From Selaginella moellendorffii (Eukaryota; Plantae; Lycopodiophyta): a stretch of DNA of 64,000 nucleotides. Positions 44,863 through 57,629 of the stretch are shown here, piece after piece. The DNA is taken from positions 373,036-437,035 of the forward strand of contig NW_003314337.1 of assembly GCF_000143415.4 (NCBI RefSeq), written 5' to 3'. The translations under genes were made by a program, and so were the position numbers. How positions within the stretch are numbered: the stretch's first letter is position 1; the number at the start of each line of letters is the position of its first letter. The notes beneath the pieces were generated by a model. The model was given only the letters and a program-made list of their open reading frames with translations, did no database searches and was not told the origin of the DNA.

Positions 44863-46845
44863 ATGCGGGCTATGGTCTCCTCTTCTCGGGTATGGTGTCG
44901 CCTCCATTGAGCTGAAAATTAGGTTTCCCGTTCCAGGTGTGCATTGTGAGCAGCGATTTTGGCGCCCGGAGGAGCGCGCTGAGACGCTGCTGCGTTGTTT
45001 GCCGCGATGGAGCGCGCGGTTTTGATTCCAAGGTGAGCATGCAAGCATGGAAATTCTTTTGATACATTGCGTGAATGCGGTCGCAGAAGAGCGATAGGAA
45101 GGAGCGGGCGAGACCAAAGCCAGTGTAAGGATGTGTGTTCTTTCGTGAAAGAGTGTTTATTTTCCTTTGATCCATAGGACCAAGCCTTTGGAAAGCAAGA
45201 GTGCTCGTAAGTTTCTTAGACGCTGGAGTTTGTGCTCTCTTAGTTTCTTCGTTTTTCCTCCAGAATTTCCACCAGGCGAACAAGCTTTCGAGAAAGATGA
45301 CAATACTGACTTTGAGGAGCGTCTTAAAGCAATCAAAAGGTACATGGAGTGAGCTACAAGTGGTACTAGTTTATGTTTTCCAGTTCTGGCGAAGAGCAGC
45401 TACGAATCCAGAAGGAGAGAAAGTTTGGTCCTCTCGACTATTCCAGTCCCCCAAAAGAAGAAAACAAGAACAACCTGCTTCTCAAGGTATTTTTTGGTCA
45501 GTGCTTTTGTTTTTTACGAGCCATGAGGTGTTCAGGATTTTTTATAGGCTGGTGCTGGGCTCGCTGTCTTGGGACTCATTGTATCATTTGCAATCGGCGA
45601 CTTTCTTCCGACAGCAAGGTTTGTTCTACGGCCGCACGAGTTTTTTTTTAACACTAGCACTCACTTCGTTTCCTGTAGTACAAATCTAGACAACGGTGTG
45701 GTTGCCAGCAAGAGGCTTAGGCCCCAAGAGGAGGAGAAATTCAAGGTAAAGCATTACTGTTTTTGCTCCTAAACACTTGTGACGCGTATTTAAACAGGCA
45801 GAACTTCAAAAGTTCGAGGAAGCTTTGAAAAATTCTCCAGATGATTTGTCTGCGCTTGAGGTATACGGTTTCGAACAAGCTTTGAAGTTCCCATTGATCG
45901 ATCTCTGTTTGGCAGGGGGCTGCTGTTTCTTATGCCGAGCTTGGTGAATACGCTAAAGCTCAAACCAATCTAGAGAAGCTTATTCGGGTATGCATTGTCG
46001 GCATGGATATGACTAGCTTGACTTGTTTGAAATGCAGATGTCTCCAAGCAATGTGGAAGCGCTAAGGCTCTTAGCAGAGGTGAAAAGTTCGTTGAATGAT
46101 TTTGAGGGAAGTTCCAATGCATATCGCCAGGCGATCAAAGTAATTCATGTCGCTTTTAAACATTTTCTGTAAACGGTTTTTGTCTTCAGGCTTCTGGTTC
46201 GACCTCCATGGAACTATTGCTGGGACTCACTGAAGCTTTAATAGATGCCAATAAACCTGGAGAGGTAACGAACGATATTTGCTGTGTCTGACGTTTCTTA
46301 CTGAAACATTTTAGGCAGTGGACGAGCTTCTTAGAGCAAAGGAGACAACAAAAACGGCACCTGGTGTCCAACTCTTAAAGGCAGATAATGTTGAAGACAG
46401 AACTTCTAGTCCCGCGGAAGACGGAACCTCCTCCTCATCATTGGATCCCGTGCAGGCAAGTGCGCTTGACGTAATTTTTGGCCTCACCAGATTGTTTCAC
46501 AGATTGATCTCCTGCTTGGAAAAGCATACTCTGCATGGAATCGTCCCACGGATGCATTAACCGTTTATGATGCTTTGATAAAAGGCCGTCCGGATGACTT
46601 TAGAGGATACTTGGCCAAGGTTTGCGAGTTCCTAAGTTTTTCATGTGTAGTTCTTTTACACCAAATGCCTATCAGGGAGTTCTATTGAAGGAGCAAGGTC
46701 AGGCAAGCGATGCTGAACGAATGTTTATCCAAGTAAGAGCTCTTCTATCTAGTTTTCTCACTCTAATTAACTCGCAACATGGTAGGCACGCTACTTCGCT
46801 CCTGCAAAGGCTAAGTATCTCGTGGACAAGTACACGAGACAGTAA
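44863..46845 (+). CDS. TPR-containing, probably plastid-targeted protein (At1g78915-like), multi-exon
   Basis: MRAMVSSSR|VCIV transit-like start; DFEERLKAI; GAAVSYAELGEY; DPVQ|IDLLLGKAYSAW; DFRGYLAK|GVLLKEQG; ARYFAPAKAKYLVDKY. Confidence 0.85.
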
Positions 46846-46861
46846 AAGCGCTCGAGCTGAT

Positions 46862-47180
46862 CTATACAGAGATAACGTTGGCCAGCAGTAGCCACGAGAT
46901 TCCACTCGGGCATAGCGTCAAACACCGACTTTGCGTCTTCCAGGAGGCCCTTTTGCGATACAAGGGTCTGCTCCGGGGAGGCCCCAGAAACGAGGCTCCG
47001 CTCTGGGGACTTGTGAAACAGCTCGCTAGCTCTCTCAAGATGCCCATTCAAGGTATTAGCCCAGAGCAGCTCTACGAGACAATGCCCCTCTCTCTCTGGA
47101 ATATCATTGAACGTATGATCGATACTGAATCTCTCAGGCATTGTTTGGAAGAGTTCTTGCGCCCAAGCGAGCGATCTCTC
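46862..47180 (-). pseudogene. Internally deleted 3' copy of the PPR gene at 56025-57629; continues at ~55528-55557
   Basis: QKGLLEDAKSVFDAMPEWNLVA and LLANVISV match the intact copy. Confidence 0.9.
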
Positions 47181-50100
47181 CTAGATTCCAGATTTAATTT
47201 ACTAACCATAATTGACCATTAAACATCATTAGTGTTTTTAATACATCAATGGTGTTTTTAGCTCGTCCTTAGTAGTCTTCATAACACTCTTTCCTTGTGT
47301 TGAAGGCTTGCAACAACTCTCGAGAGCTTATGTGATGGTAAGCCAACTTGATTTAATTGATGGTGCCAAACAAGCTGGTCAAACTACAACCTTCACTAGT
47401 AATCAGTCTTTCGTGCAAGTTGTTAAATGCTTTATGTTGGTATACTATGGGTGATACAGAAGCTCCCAATTTAAACAAATGCAATAAGTTCTTGAACCAT
47501 TGAGTGTGTCAAGCACAATAATCACCCTTAAAGTTCAGATTACATATCCCTAGCTTAAGCGTCTAACACTTCAAATCAATCAACATATAGCATCATATTA
47601 TTATTGTAAAAGAGCGATATAGATTAAATCAGAAAACCACACTATTATGCAAAACTCAGTAATTTTGTAAAACTTAGGATGAAACTATTATGCTAAGGAT
47701 ATAACAACAAAAATTCCAAAGCTCCACTATTTAATAGCTATAACTTGATCATAGCAAACATTTCTCAAGGAGTAAAGGGATAATCATTTAAATAGTGTCA
47801 GAAAACAAAGACACACAAAATAATATATTAGACTATAAAAGATTCTGGATGATGCATTGCAATGAGTTTAAATGAATATGGCTAACCATTTTTAGCCTTA
47901 TAGTTAAAAATCTAGTACAAAATAACCATGAAACAAAATAAATAGCTTAACAAAGTTAATGGGGATTTTAATTAGTGTTTTGTTTGTCTTATATTCAACC
48001 AATGTGTTAACAAAAACTACAAAGTGAATTTAATGAATTGTAAAAATATGGATTGATTGCTTATTATAAATCTTTATAAAATAAATGCTCCCTTAGTTTA
48101 TAAAATATTTAAGCATTGTTATTCAATATTTGGTGATGAAAGATTTCATCAGCCATTTTTCTCTAGCTTATAATGACTATTATATATAATTAGCTATGTA
48201 AGGGTATAGATAAATGACTATAAGATCTGTGAGGTAGTGAAAGTAATTGTAAAAAACCATTAATTCATTAAATATTTAGTTGTTCTTGAATTTTCATAAT
48301 TGTTTTTCTTTTAAGTTTAAGTCTCTCATCAAAAGATATTAAACACTTGGCAAGTACAATTACAACTATTTATAAGATTCCAATTGAAGATTATATGAAG
48401 CTAATTGGATATATAATAATAAGTTTTTTCTTGTATTTTATCATTTAATCCCTTTTCTTCCTAAGTATAATCACTTTGAAAAATCAAGGTCTATATAACC
48501 CATATGACAAATGGTTATTTAAAATTTATCAAGACAAATTTAAAAAAAACAAATTAGAGTATATTGCTTGTTCTTATGAGGGAATTGAATTTTTAAGATT
48601 GTTAATTTATTACTTTTGGTAAGTAAAAACACTTTATTCTGTACATATTTAACTTTCTTTAAAATTCAAATAGAAAAGATGATTAATAGGCTCATATTCA
48701 TGAGTAGTAGCAATAAAATTTTAATAAAAAAACCAAAAGCTTTACAATGAAACAAAAATATAAAACTTATTATTTTTTTTAAGTACAAAAAAGTTAATAG
48801 TTATTTAGGAGAAAAGATTTAAGAATTTTATTTAACAAAAGTGTTATACTATATAAATCTCAAGAATGTATAATATGAAATTGTACTAAAGTAATAGATT
48901 ACTTTCAAGTAGCAATAATTAGTCATTTTTAGAGAAAAATGTAATACTCTTTTTTTTTAGTTTCTAACTTTTGATGTTATTTTATAAATTTTAACGATAT
49001 ATAATTACTTTTAACTTTATCCAAAGATTTAAAAATTATAAAAGCTTTAGTGCTACCAACTAACATCACTATATTTTAACATTGTATTGTAAGTAATTGT
49101 GTCATTATATTTAATGAACTTTAATTTTTCAAGCTTACTTTGGTGAAATACATGTTATATAATTGAAAAGGTAGCTAAGTTCTTTAAAATTAGGCAGTTA
49201 GTATTCACATTTTGAAAAAACATAGCTAATAACAACAAAATTTTTATAAAGCAATTATTTCAATGGAATTGTTAAATCAAATTAATAGATGAGCCACATC
49301 TTATTAAGGGTTAAAAATTAACTCAAGTCATCACTTGTGACATTTTAGCATTAATCCTTTCTCACTCTCGCAATCCTAAATGTGATAAAATATTTTAGAA
49401 TTAAAATATTCCTAGGATTTACTCAATACTTAATCTAAATTTAATCTCATCAAGTAAGATATAAACACTTTATAAAGTTTGGAGTAAAAGTTTTTCATTT
49501 AAGCACCTAATTAAATAAAATTTTCTAATCTAAACTATATAGAAAATATGTAATTTCATAAGTTCCTTCATATTGCATAGACAATAAAAAAATGATGGTG
49601 AAAGGTGTATATAAATTTTGGATAGTTTTACTTACATATTTTTGTAAAGTTAAAGTTGAAATAACTTTTTTATTTAATTGATCCCATATTAGTTCTTGGT
49701 TCTTATACTAGAATTTGCTTCAAAATTACAAGAATATGTCAAAGTCTAATAGTTAATAAAAATTTTATTTATTTTTGAAAATTCCTTTTTGTTTGGTATT
49801 TAATTTTAATACTCCTATTTTTACAAGCCAATGTAAGGCTAGTGATATAAAAATTCTTATCAGCAAGAGCAATGCCATTAAGTCTTATGGGAATATTTCT
49901 TTTCTAAGATGAGTGGATTTTTAAATTTAACTTCAGTAATTTTTTTCTTATTTAAAATGTTTAACTCTAATAGTTGTGTGTAGACATATTGATAAGTGAC
50001 ACCATATATAAAAGAGGTATGATTTTTGTTAACTACTACCTTCTTTATCTTGATATCACACTTGAATGTAAGTTGGCTATAGTCCTATTCATGAGCATTT

Positions 50101-51324
50101 CAATATAGTTTAAACTAAGTAACTTCACATAAGCCAATGCCAATATCCATACAATATATTAAGACATTAGTACTAAGCATAATCATAACTCAAAATTTCT
50201 TACCTATAATGTATGCCTCTCAAAAATAGAAGTACTAGCATAATATAGATTAAAGCTTAGTTTATCAATATAGCCCATCAATAGTTTCATAACCTAAGCT
50301 AAACTATTCTTCCTTTTGTTTTGTTGCTTTCTTTTTTTTTTTTACCAATGACACAACATGACAAACTTTAAAGCAGTTGATAATGCACTATATATATGAT
50401 GATTTTCCCTCTTTGTTTACATGGTATATGTAGAGTATCTAGATCTACAAATCAAGGACATTTTCTCTTATATTCACTTTTGAAGTAAGAAATATAATAG
50501 AGAGAGAGATGTATGAACTAATATAACCTAGTGAGGGGTACTATGCCCAAAAACATATAACAATGTTACAAAAGTAGTTTATTCTTGAGCTTTTCATCTA
50601 CTTATAAGTGATTAAGTTTTCCATTCTACTTTAGTCATTTAACCATACCTTTAACCACTTGGAAGAGTCTCATTAACAACCTCCATAAGTATTATTCTCA
50701 ACTTGGGAATATGCTAGCCCCATGAATAACATCTATGCCACTTGGTCCAAGTGCTTTATGTGTTTGATCCCATGACAAACACCCCAAAGATACCACTAAC
50801 ATATTAACTTATTATATTGAAGCCATGTCCATTTACTTTTATCTTATTGGTAGTTAAAGACCACTCCTACCATAATCGGCCATCCATTCATAAGTGGTCA
50901 TCGTAAGACTATACCTTAACATCTTTAGGATGCTAAAGACATGAGGAACACCCTTCTTTAATATCCCTTCTTTGATATTCACCAAATCCCGCTCTATCCA
51001 CAACTGTACTCACCAATATTGCCATTGGGTCAAGGCTTGAAGGCTTGACCATTAAGTCCCATTAACTTTTAAGACTTCCTCACCATATAACTGTATTTTT
51101 AGTCATTACACAAAAGGATTATTCCTCTTTCTTTCCATAATTTGGGATTTTGGGGAATGCTAAGTATCCAAGTAAATAGTGCCACCCACACTTGAATTGG
51201 GAGTATCAACCATTCAATCTCTTGAAAGAGCTAAAGCTAGCTCTTTGTAAGGAACCGACTCCCTGAGATGTTGTAGGCTAAAGGATCCCCAAAAGCTTGA
51301 CCGAAATGACAAAGAGTTCATCGG

Positions 51325-51620
51325 ATGGGACCAAGTCGAGGATCGAGTCCAAGACCGACTCTAGGGCCGAGTTCGAGATAGAGTCCGGAATCGAGTCCGA
51401 GACCGACTCGGGGACCGAGTTCGAGTCCGAGTTCGAGTCCGAGTTCGAGACCGAGTTCGAGACGGAGTCCGAGATCCGAAATCGGGTCCGAGACCGAGTC
51501 TGAGGTCGAGTCCAAGGTCGGGTTCGAGATCGGGTCCGAGATCGAGTCCGAGATCGAGTCCGAGACCGAATCCGAAATCAGATCTGAAATTGGGTCCGAG
51601 ATCGAGCCAGAGACTAAGTC
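51325..51620. repeat. Degenerate hexamer minisatellite (CGAGTC/CGAGAT/CGAGAC/CGAGTT)
   Basis: GAGTCCGAGTTCGAGTCCGAGTTCGAGACC... Confidence 0.9.
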
Positions 51621-52569
51621 CAAATACTAATACGGGTCAAAGGGTGAAAGCCCAAAGCTCCCAGGGGGGGGGGGGGCTGCAGGGGGTTCCAAAAGTATAG
51701 TAGGGATAGTGAGGTCCAGGAACCAGTCTTGAATGAACTCTCCAGTGGTGCTTCCAAACTGACTTGAGGTTGAGACTGGGGCCGAGGGGCCTTGGGTGGG
51801 AGTGAGCATGGGCCTGAGTGGTGCCGGAGGGGCCACCCAGGGAAGTGCTCAAGAGCAGCTCCCACTCCCGAAAGGGAAACCGACTGCGGTGCTCCCGGCT
51901 CAGGTGGAATGGTGCCCCACTTGAGTACCTTGTGGCTCATTGGTCTTCGCCCTTCCTAGGGGCTTGGGCCTTCCCTTCGGGATGGAAGTGGGGGGGTAGA
52001 GGTACCCATACCGGGCCGTTAGGCCACGGTGTTTCGCCCCGACGTCCCGAAGCAAGTGTTGCACCCAAGACTTGGGATTTAGAGGGTCCCATGATCAAGT
52101 CTTGTGGTACCAAGGGGTGTTAGGAATCTGGAGGCTTGGTGTGCTTGGCTGTTTATGCCTGCGGGGAGTGTAGCCAAACCTTAAGTCCAGTCTAACCCGG
52201 GGAGGGGGATTGGGAGAGATTTGGGAATCCGTAGATGGATGGCTAACACTCCGTTGCTCATGTAGTAAGTAGCTGAAACCAAGTAGGACCAAGTAGGAGC
52301 TGGTACCATAGGCGGGAACCTTGGCGAGGGAACTTAGCACAAGCCAAGGCAGAGTTGGTCGGATAGACGAGGTAAGCTGGCAAATTGGAAAGGAAAAATT
52401 TGTGGCTTACACTCTTGAACACTTTACAAAGTTACCCCACTTATCTATCTGTGTTTATTCTACCCTTAGACTTTTCAATGATTATATCATCACTTATTAC
52501 GTAAGCTTTCTTAAGTTACACTAGCCTTTTTTGGCTAAATTGATTCCACTAGAGTCTAACCCCCACACT

Positions 52570-52875
52570 CTCCTTACTATACTTTTTGAACCCCCCATAG
52601 CCCTTTGCCCCCACCCCCAAGGGATGATCACTTTGGGTTTTCACCCCACAACCTGCATTAGTATTTGGACTTAATCTTGGACTCAGACTCAAACTCAAAC
52701 TTGGATTTAAACTCATACTCGATTTTGGACTCGGTCTTCCACCTTGAACTCCATCTCAAATCCATCTTGAACTCTATTTCAGATCCATCTCAAAGTCCAT
52801 CTTAGACTCTATCTTAGATCCATCTTAAATTCCATCTCGGGAGCAATCTCAAACTCTTTCTCAGACTTGGTCTTG
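52570..52875. repeat. Inverted, CpG-decayed copy of 51330-51710
   Basis: TACTATACTTTT(T/G)GAACCCCC, TTTGGG.TTTCACCC and ATTAGTATTTGGACTTA match the reverse complement of 51615-51705, followed by a decayed hexamer array. Confidence 0.8.
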
Positions 52876-53599
52876 ACACTTCCATGTCATAACATTTGCT
52901 ATATATCAGTCTTTTTTGTGTCCTTTTTTAGAGATTCATTCATTGATCGCTTTATACTTGTTCTTTAAGCACTTTGTTGAGAGTTCCACTCCCGCTTTCA
53001 ACTTTTCAAGTTAAAACTTTTAGTCCAAATGTGTTACATTCATTAGATTCTTGCTTTGACCACTACCATATGGCATGGGCTCCACTTTGGGGTTCAGGGA
53101 TTTGTGTTCATACTACTTCTGAACATTTCAATTTACTTACAACTTAATGATGAAGCAATATGTTGTTTCAAGTCAAATCATTTTGAAAAGCTTATGGTAA
53201 CAAATTACAACCATATATCAATAATATGACAATGATGGTAGTATACTTTACTCATATAGCCTTCTATAGTCATGTTCTAGATGCTTCACTTAAATAGTTG
53301 AATCATATCCTCCAAACTCCCTTTAACATCAAAAAAGTTTTACAAACTCCTATACTTGGCTACAAATAAGCCAATATCCTATGAGAAAATCTTCAATGAA
53401 TCATACTCTATAATAGTGGCACAAATACTCACACTATAATAGTATATACCAAAGCTCCTAAAAAGGCTAAAAAGTAAAGAATTAAAAATCTAACTATTGG
53501 AGCTTGCTACAGTTTGAAAAAATTGGTCAGAATCTACTATTATTGTAAATGCCTAGAAAATATATGATTAAACATAATTACACATGTTACAACAATGAA

Positions 53600-54900
53600 C
53601 ACAATGGCCATTTCTCCCAAGACAAAAGCCTCTAGTGGCCTTTAAGTAACCAACTAAAGTTTAAATAAACAAACTTACTCTATAAAAAAGCAACATCCTA
53701 GATTAAAGAGATGCCTAAATTAGGTAACTCTTGCAATAGAGGTAAGATACTCTCTACTTCTTATTAGATGGAGAAGTGGCTTATAAAAGTTTGGATGAGT
53801 AAATTGGCTTTGTGGAAGAACAAGCCTTCTAGACACACTACCACTTTGGCATATGTTAGTGATATATTTGGAGGTTAAAGTTAGTGGTAAAGACCTCAAA
53901 GTTGCTCTAAGAGCATGTTGAGCATTATCACATGCCCCCACTAGTTGCAAACCACCATTTGTATAGAAAAAGAGGGCATTTACAACCATGTCTCTTGTTT
54001 TGCTCCTAATTAGGAGCAAAAATTGTGAAAAAACAAGTGGGAAATATCTTTTGGTCATCATAATAGTGCAACAGGCTCTTAATGCCCAAGTGAAGAAGGG
54101 GGGCTAGGCCTTAAAAGTTGTAACTCTCAAGACATGCCCCACAAAGGCATCTATTGTCACCATATAAATTGTAAAGATTTGTTTCCATCCTTCATATTGG
54201 CTTGTGGGATAGGCACTTGGCCTTCATATCAAGAGTGACATTAAGATGCTCTCTAGGTGAATTTGGCATCACTGGCTGGTAAATTGGTATTGCATTTGTT
54301 ACTCTCAGGTGAGGCACTTGATAGACTATGATTTCTTAGAGTAGCACAACACCTCATCATTGTATATTCACCACCTTTTAATTACCTAAGCACTCTTCAT
54401 TAAAGCATCCTCACAAATTGAGGTGGCGCTAGCACATATTTACATTGATAGTGGCTATAAAGAAGGTTCTTCAGCCAGCAACCTAAATGATGTGCAAAAG
54501 CCATAAAAAAACTCTTTATTGGCATGGGAAGAAGGTGGAGGCATGGCATTATGACTTCAATATAACCTTCTACTCAATCCAATTTTCCCTACCACAATTT
54601 CCTCATTGGGCAAATATAGTGATTGTGAAGATTCTAACCCAATAGTAAAGAATGAGGGTGTTTGGACCCTAGAAACAAGATAGGGGGCATTTAGCAGTGG
54701 CATATTAGCACTAAAGAAGTGGCATGAGAGGCTAAAGTGTTAGTTGAGACATGACAATGTAACAAACTAGAGATAAGTTTGCTAAAGTGTATAAAGCCAC
54801 TATAGACAGAGTTAAATATTGTTATAGCTCCCTCCAATCTTGAAAAGAAGAATTTCTTGTCTAATTTACTTAAGAAGTAATAACCTAGTAAAAGGAATTA
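53600..54900 (+). mobile_element. Possible L1-type LINE ORF2 3' relic
   Basis: PSEEGGLGL (PKxxGGLG-like) at ~54085-54111; otherwise heavily decayed. Confidence 0.4.
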
Positions 54901-55650
54901 AATGATTATTGTTTGTCCGCTATACTCACCCTCTCTTTAGAGATGTTAATGTCTTCATTAACCATTTATTAACAGTTCGTAGTCCCACAGTAGATCCCTT
55001 TATCCATATATGCTCAATGTGTATGATTTCAATTTTAGGGGTGGGAATATACTTTACTTAAAACTAATAAATAAGAATCAAACTTGTGTGATACTTATAC
55101 AAAATAATTTATTTCTCTTTTAGAAAAAAGGTAATTGTTTGGTAAAACAACCTTTAGTGCGTATTTTATCTTTATATATCCCCCAAAGTTTCAAATATCT
55201 ATAGTCTAAATCTTATCCTATGATTATATATATTACAAGAACATTGGTGATGAGAAAAGTATATTAGACATCAATATGACAATCAATCACATTAACAGTG
55301 TCTCTATCAAATTTCATGATCACCAATATACTATCTACAATTAATATCCTTTTAAATTTCATGATGCCAATATACTACCTACAGATGGACAATATGATAG
55401 CATAAGAAAGTAGTAATGATAGGGTGGCTTAAATATTTTGTGTTTAGCTCCCAATGTAGTGTTTGTCAATGGAATACTATTTCTTATCATGAAATCATAG
55501 TAATTGTGTGTTTTTAATTTTTTTTTAACCATGGCATTCCAAGTGATAACATCCCGCATGGTTAATTTTAAAGGCAGAATGATGTTCAAGGCAATGTGCT
55601 TCAGTTGAAGACTGAATGCTTGATATAATATTTGAACTCATGAGATTTTT

Positions 55651-56008
55651 TTCACAGGTTGATCTCCTGCTTGGAAAAACGTAGTCTGTGTGGAATTGTC
55701 CGATGGATGCATGACCATTTATGATGCTTTGATAAAAAGTCGTCTGGATGATACTTGGTCAAGGTTTGTAAGTCCCTATTGAGGTGTATTTTTCTTACAC
55801 CAAATACATCGATCTTATGCTGGCATAATAATAATAATATTTATCAGGGAGTTCTATTGGAGGAGCACGGTCAAGCTAGTGATGCTGAAAGAACGTTTAT
55901 CCAAGGAATAGGTCTTCTATCTAGTTGTTTTCACGCTGCCTTTTATTTTAGGCACGCTACTCTCCTGCAAAGCCTAAGCATCTCGTGGAAAAGTTCACGA
56001 AACAGTAA
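55651..56008 (+). pseudogene. 3' fragment (last exons) of the TPR gene at 44863-46845, degenerate
   Basis: GVLLEEHGQASDAERTFIQ; stop and deletions relative to 46494-46845. Confidence 0.9.
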
Positions 56009-56024
56009 AAGCGCTCGAGCAATT

Positions 56025-57629
56025 CTATACAGAGACAACGTTGGCCAGCAGTACGCAAGAAGATGGATCTTCGGGACTCGCCACAAGAGCTTGCATTGCA
56101 GCCTGTGCTCCACTTTGAGTATCTTCTTGGCGTTTACACGCACCAAGAAGACATCTCCAGTCGACAACGTCCGGGGTGAAAGGCATACCAGACAAAATCT
56201 CCTCGGCTTCTCGCAAGTATCCAGCCCTGCTCAACAGGTCAGTGATGGAGCAGTATAGCTGCTTGGTGAGCCGGACACTATGATCGAGGATGAGGGACCG
56301 GACTTTTGACCAGCCATCGTGGAGATCTCCCTTGTGGCTGCAACCGAGAATGATGCAAGCGAAGGACGCTTCGTCGGCTGGAATTCCTTCGAGTTCCATC
56401 TCGTGAAGATGCTCCAGCGCCGCATCGAAGTGACCATTTCGAGCCAACGAAGCTAAAATCGCGTTCCACGGCGGAGCTTCGTACTTTTGTGGTATCACTT
56501 CTAACAAATCCTTGGCTTTCCATAGATGGCCATGGTGAGCATAAGCATTGAGCAAAGCAGTCCAGGAGATATCATCTCTCTCCGGGAAAGAATCAAACGT
56601 GTTCTTGGCTTGCTGAAGATCGCCATGTTGAGCGTAAGCGTCCAACAACGTGTTAAAAGCCACGAGATTCCACTCGGGCATAACATCAAACACCGCCTTC
56701 GCGTCTTCCAGGAGACCCTTTTGCGAGAAAGCGTCGAGCATACAAGCCCACGAAACGATGCTCCACTCTGGAGACCTGTGAAAAAGCTCGCTGGCTTTCT
56801 CAATATGCCCATTCAAGGTATAAGCCGAGAGCATACAGCTCCACGAGACAATGTCCCTCTCTGGCATATCATCGAACGTTTTCTTAGCGGCTTCTAGATG
56901 CCCTTGAACGGCATATGCTGATAAGAGCGCGTTCCATGACACGGAATCTCTCTCAGGCATGGTTTGGAAGATTTCTAACGCCCGACCGAGCGATCTCTCC
57001 CGTGCATACGCAGCGACCATGGCATTCCAAGCGATAACGTCCCGCTCGGGCATTTGGTTGAATACCTTTTCCGCCTTGAAAAGATACCCAAGCCGGGCAT
57101 ATGCTGTTATCATTGCAGTCCAAACTACCAGATTCCTCTCTGGCATTGCTTCGTAGAGTTGCTCTGCATCGGCAATTCTCTCATCCGCAAGAAAAGCGCA
57201 GATCATTGCTGTGTAAGCGACAACATCACGCTCGCTCATCGAATCAAAGAGCTTCTTAGCTCGGTCTAGATGCCCGAATTGGGTATAGGCAGTAAGCATG
57301 GCAGTCCACGACACCAGATTCCACCACGGCATTGCCTCAAAGATCTGCCTCGCCGCCGAGACCTCGCCATTTTGGGCGTGTGCCGAGAGCATCATCGCCC
57401 AAGAGAAGGTGTTCTTGGAGCAAATGCCGCGGAAGACGCGCCTGGCCTGGGCCGTGGCGCCGCATTTCCCAAACATCTCGATGAGGAGATTGGAGAGGAA
57501 GCGGCGATCGCTGCTCAGGAATGGGCTGGCGAGGATCCGGGCGTGCGCTCGCTCGGCGTCGGCAAGATTCCGGCAGGATTTGATGAGGGCGACGCAGCCG
57601 GCGAGGCTGGATTCGTCAGGGACTGCCAT
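56025..57629 (-). CDS. Intronless PLS-class PPR protein with E extension and no DYW domain
   Basis: Tandem MPER(D/N)..(S/A)W repeats; LYCSITDLLSRAG..MPFTPDVVDWRCLLGACK..SCVLLANV; first ATG at 57629. Confidence 0.92.
   Translation of the reverse strand: MAVPDESSLAGCVALIKSCRNLADAERAHARILASPFLSSDRRFLSNLLIEMFGKCGATAQARRVFRGICSKNTFSWAMMLSAHAQNGEVSAARQIFEAMPWWNLVSWTAMLTAYTQFGHLDRAKKLFDSMSERDVVAYTAMICAFLADERIADAEQLYEAMPERNLVVWTAMITAYARLGYLFKAEKVFNQMPERDVIAWNAMVAAYARERSLGRALEIFQTMPERDSVSWNALLSAYAVQGHLEAAKKTFDDMPERDIVSWSCMLSAYTLNGHIEKASELFHRSPEWSIVSWACMLDAFSQKGLLEDAKAVFDVMPEWNLVAFNTLLDAYAQHGDLQQAKNTFDSFPERDDISWTALLNAYAHHGHLWKAKDLLEVIPQKYEAPPWNAILASLARNGHFDAALEHLHEMELEGIPADEASFACIILGCSHKGDLHDGWSKVRSLILDHSVRLTKQLYCSITDLLSRAGYLREAEEILSGMPFTPDVVDWRCLLGACKRQEDTQSGAQAAMQALVASPEDPSSCVLLANVVSV

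Larger units (their letters stand above)
47181..55527. mobile_element. ~8.3-kb mostly AT-rich block of old, decayed TE sequence inside the PPR pseudo-copy
   Basis: No credible gene; flanks match adjacent parts of the intact PPR (~56981-57000 and 57016-57045); weak Gypsy pol-like traces at ~50500-51230. Confidence 0.7.

Noticed and set aside
51297-51623. ORFs 51297..51503 and 51318..51623
   Set aside because: Translations of the hexamer minisatellite.
51246-52520. Confident solo LTR
   Set aside because: TGTAA..TTACA ends are present but the flanks (CTCTT vs CTAGC) are not a TSD.
47181-55527. Single Helitron or TIR transposon spanning the block
   Set aside because: CTAG occurs at 47181, but there is no A|T target, GC hairpin, TIR or TSD; possible transposase traces at ~48700-49350 are too decayed to call.
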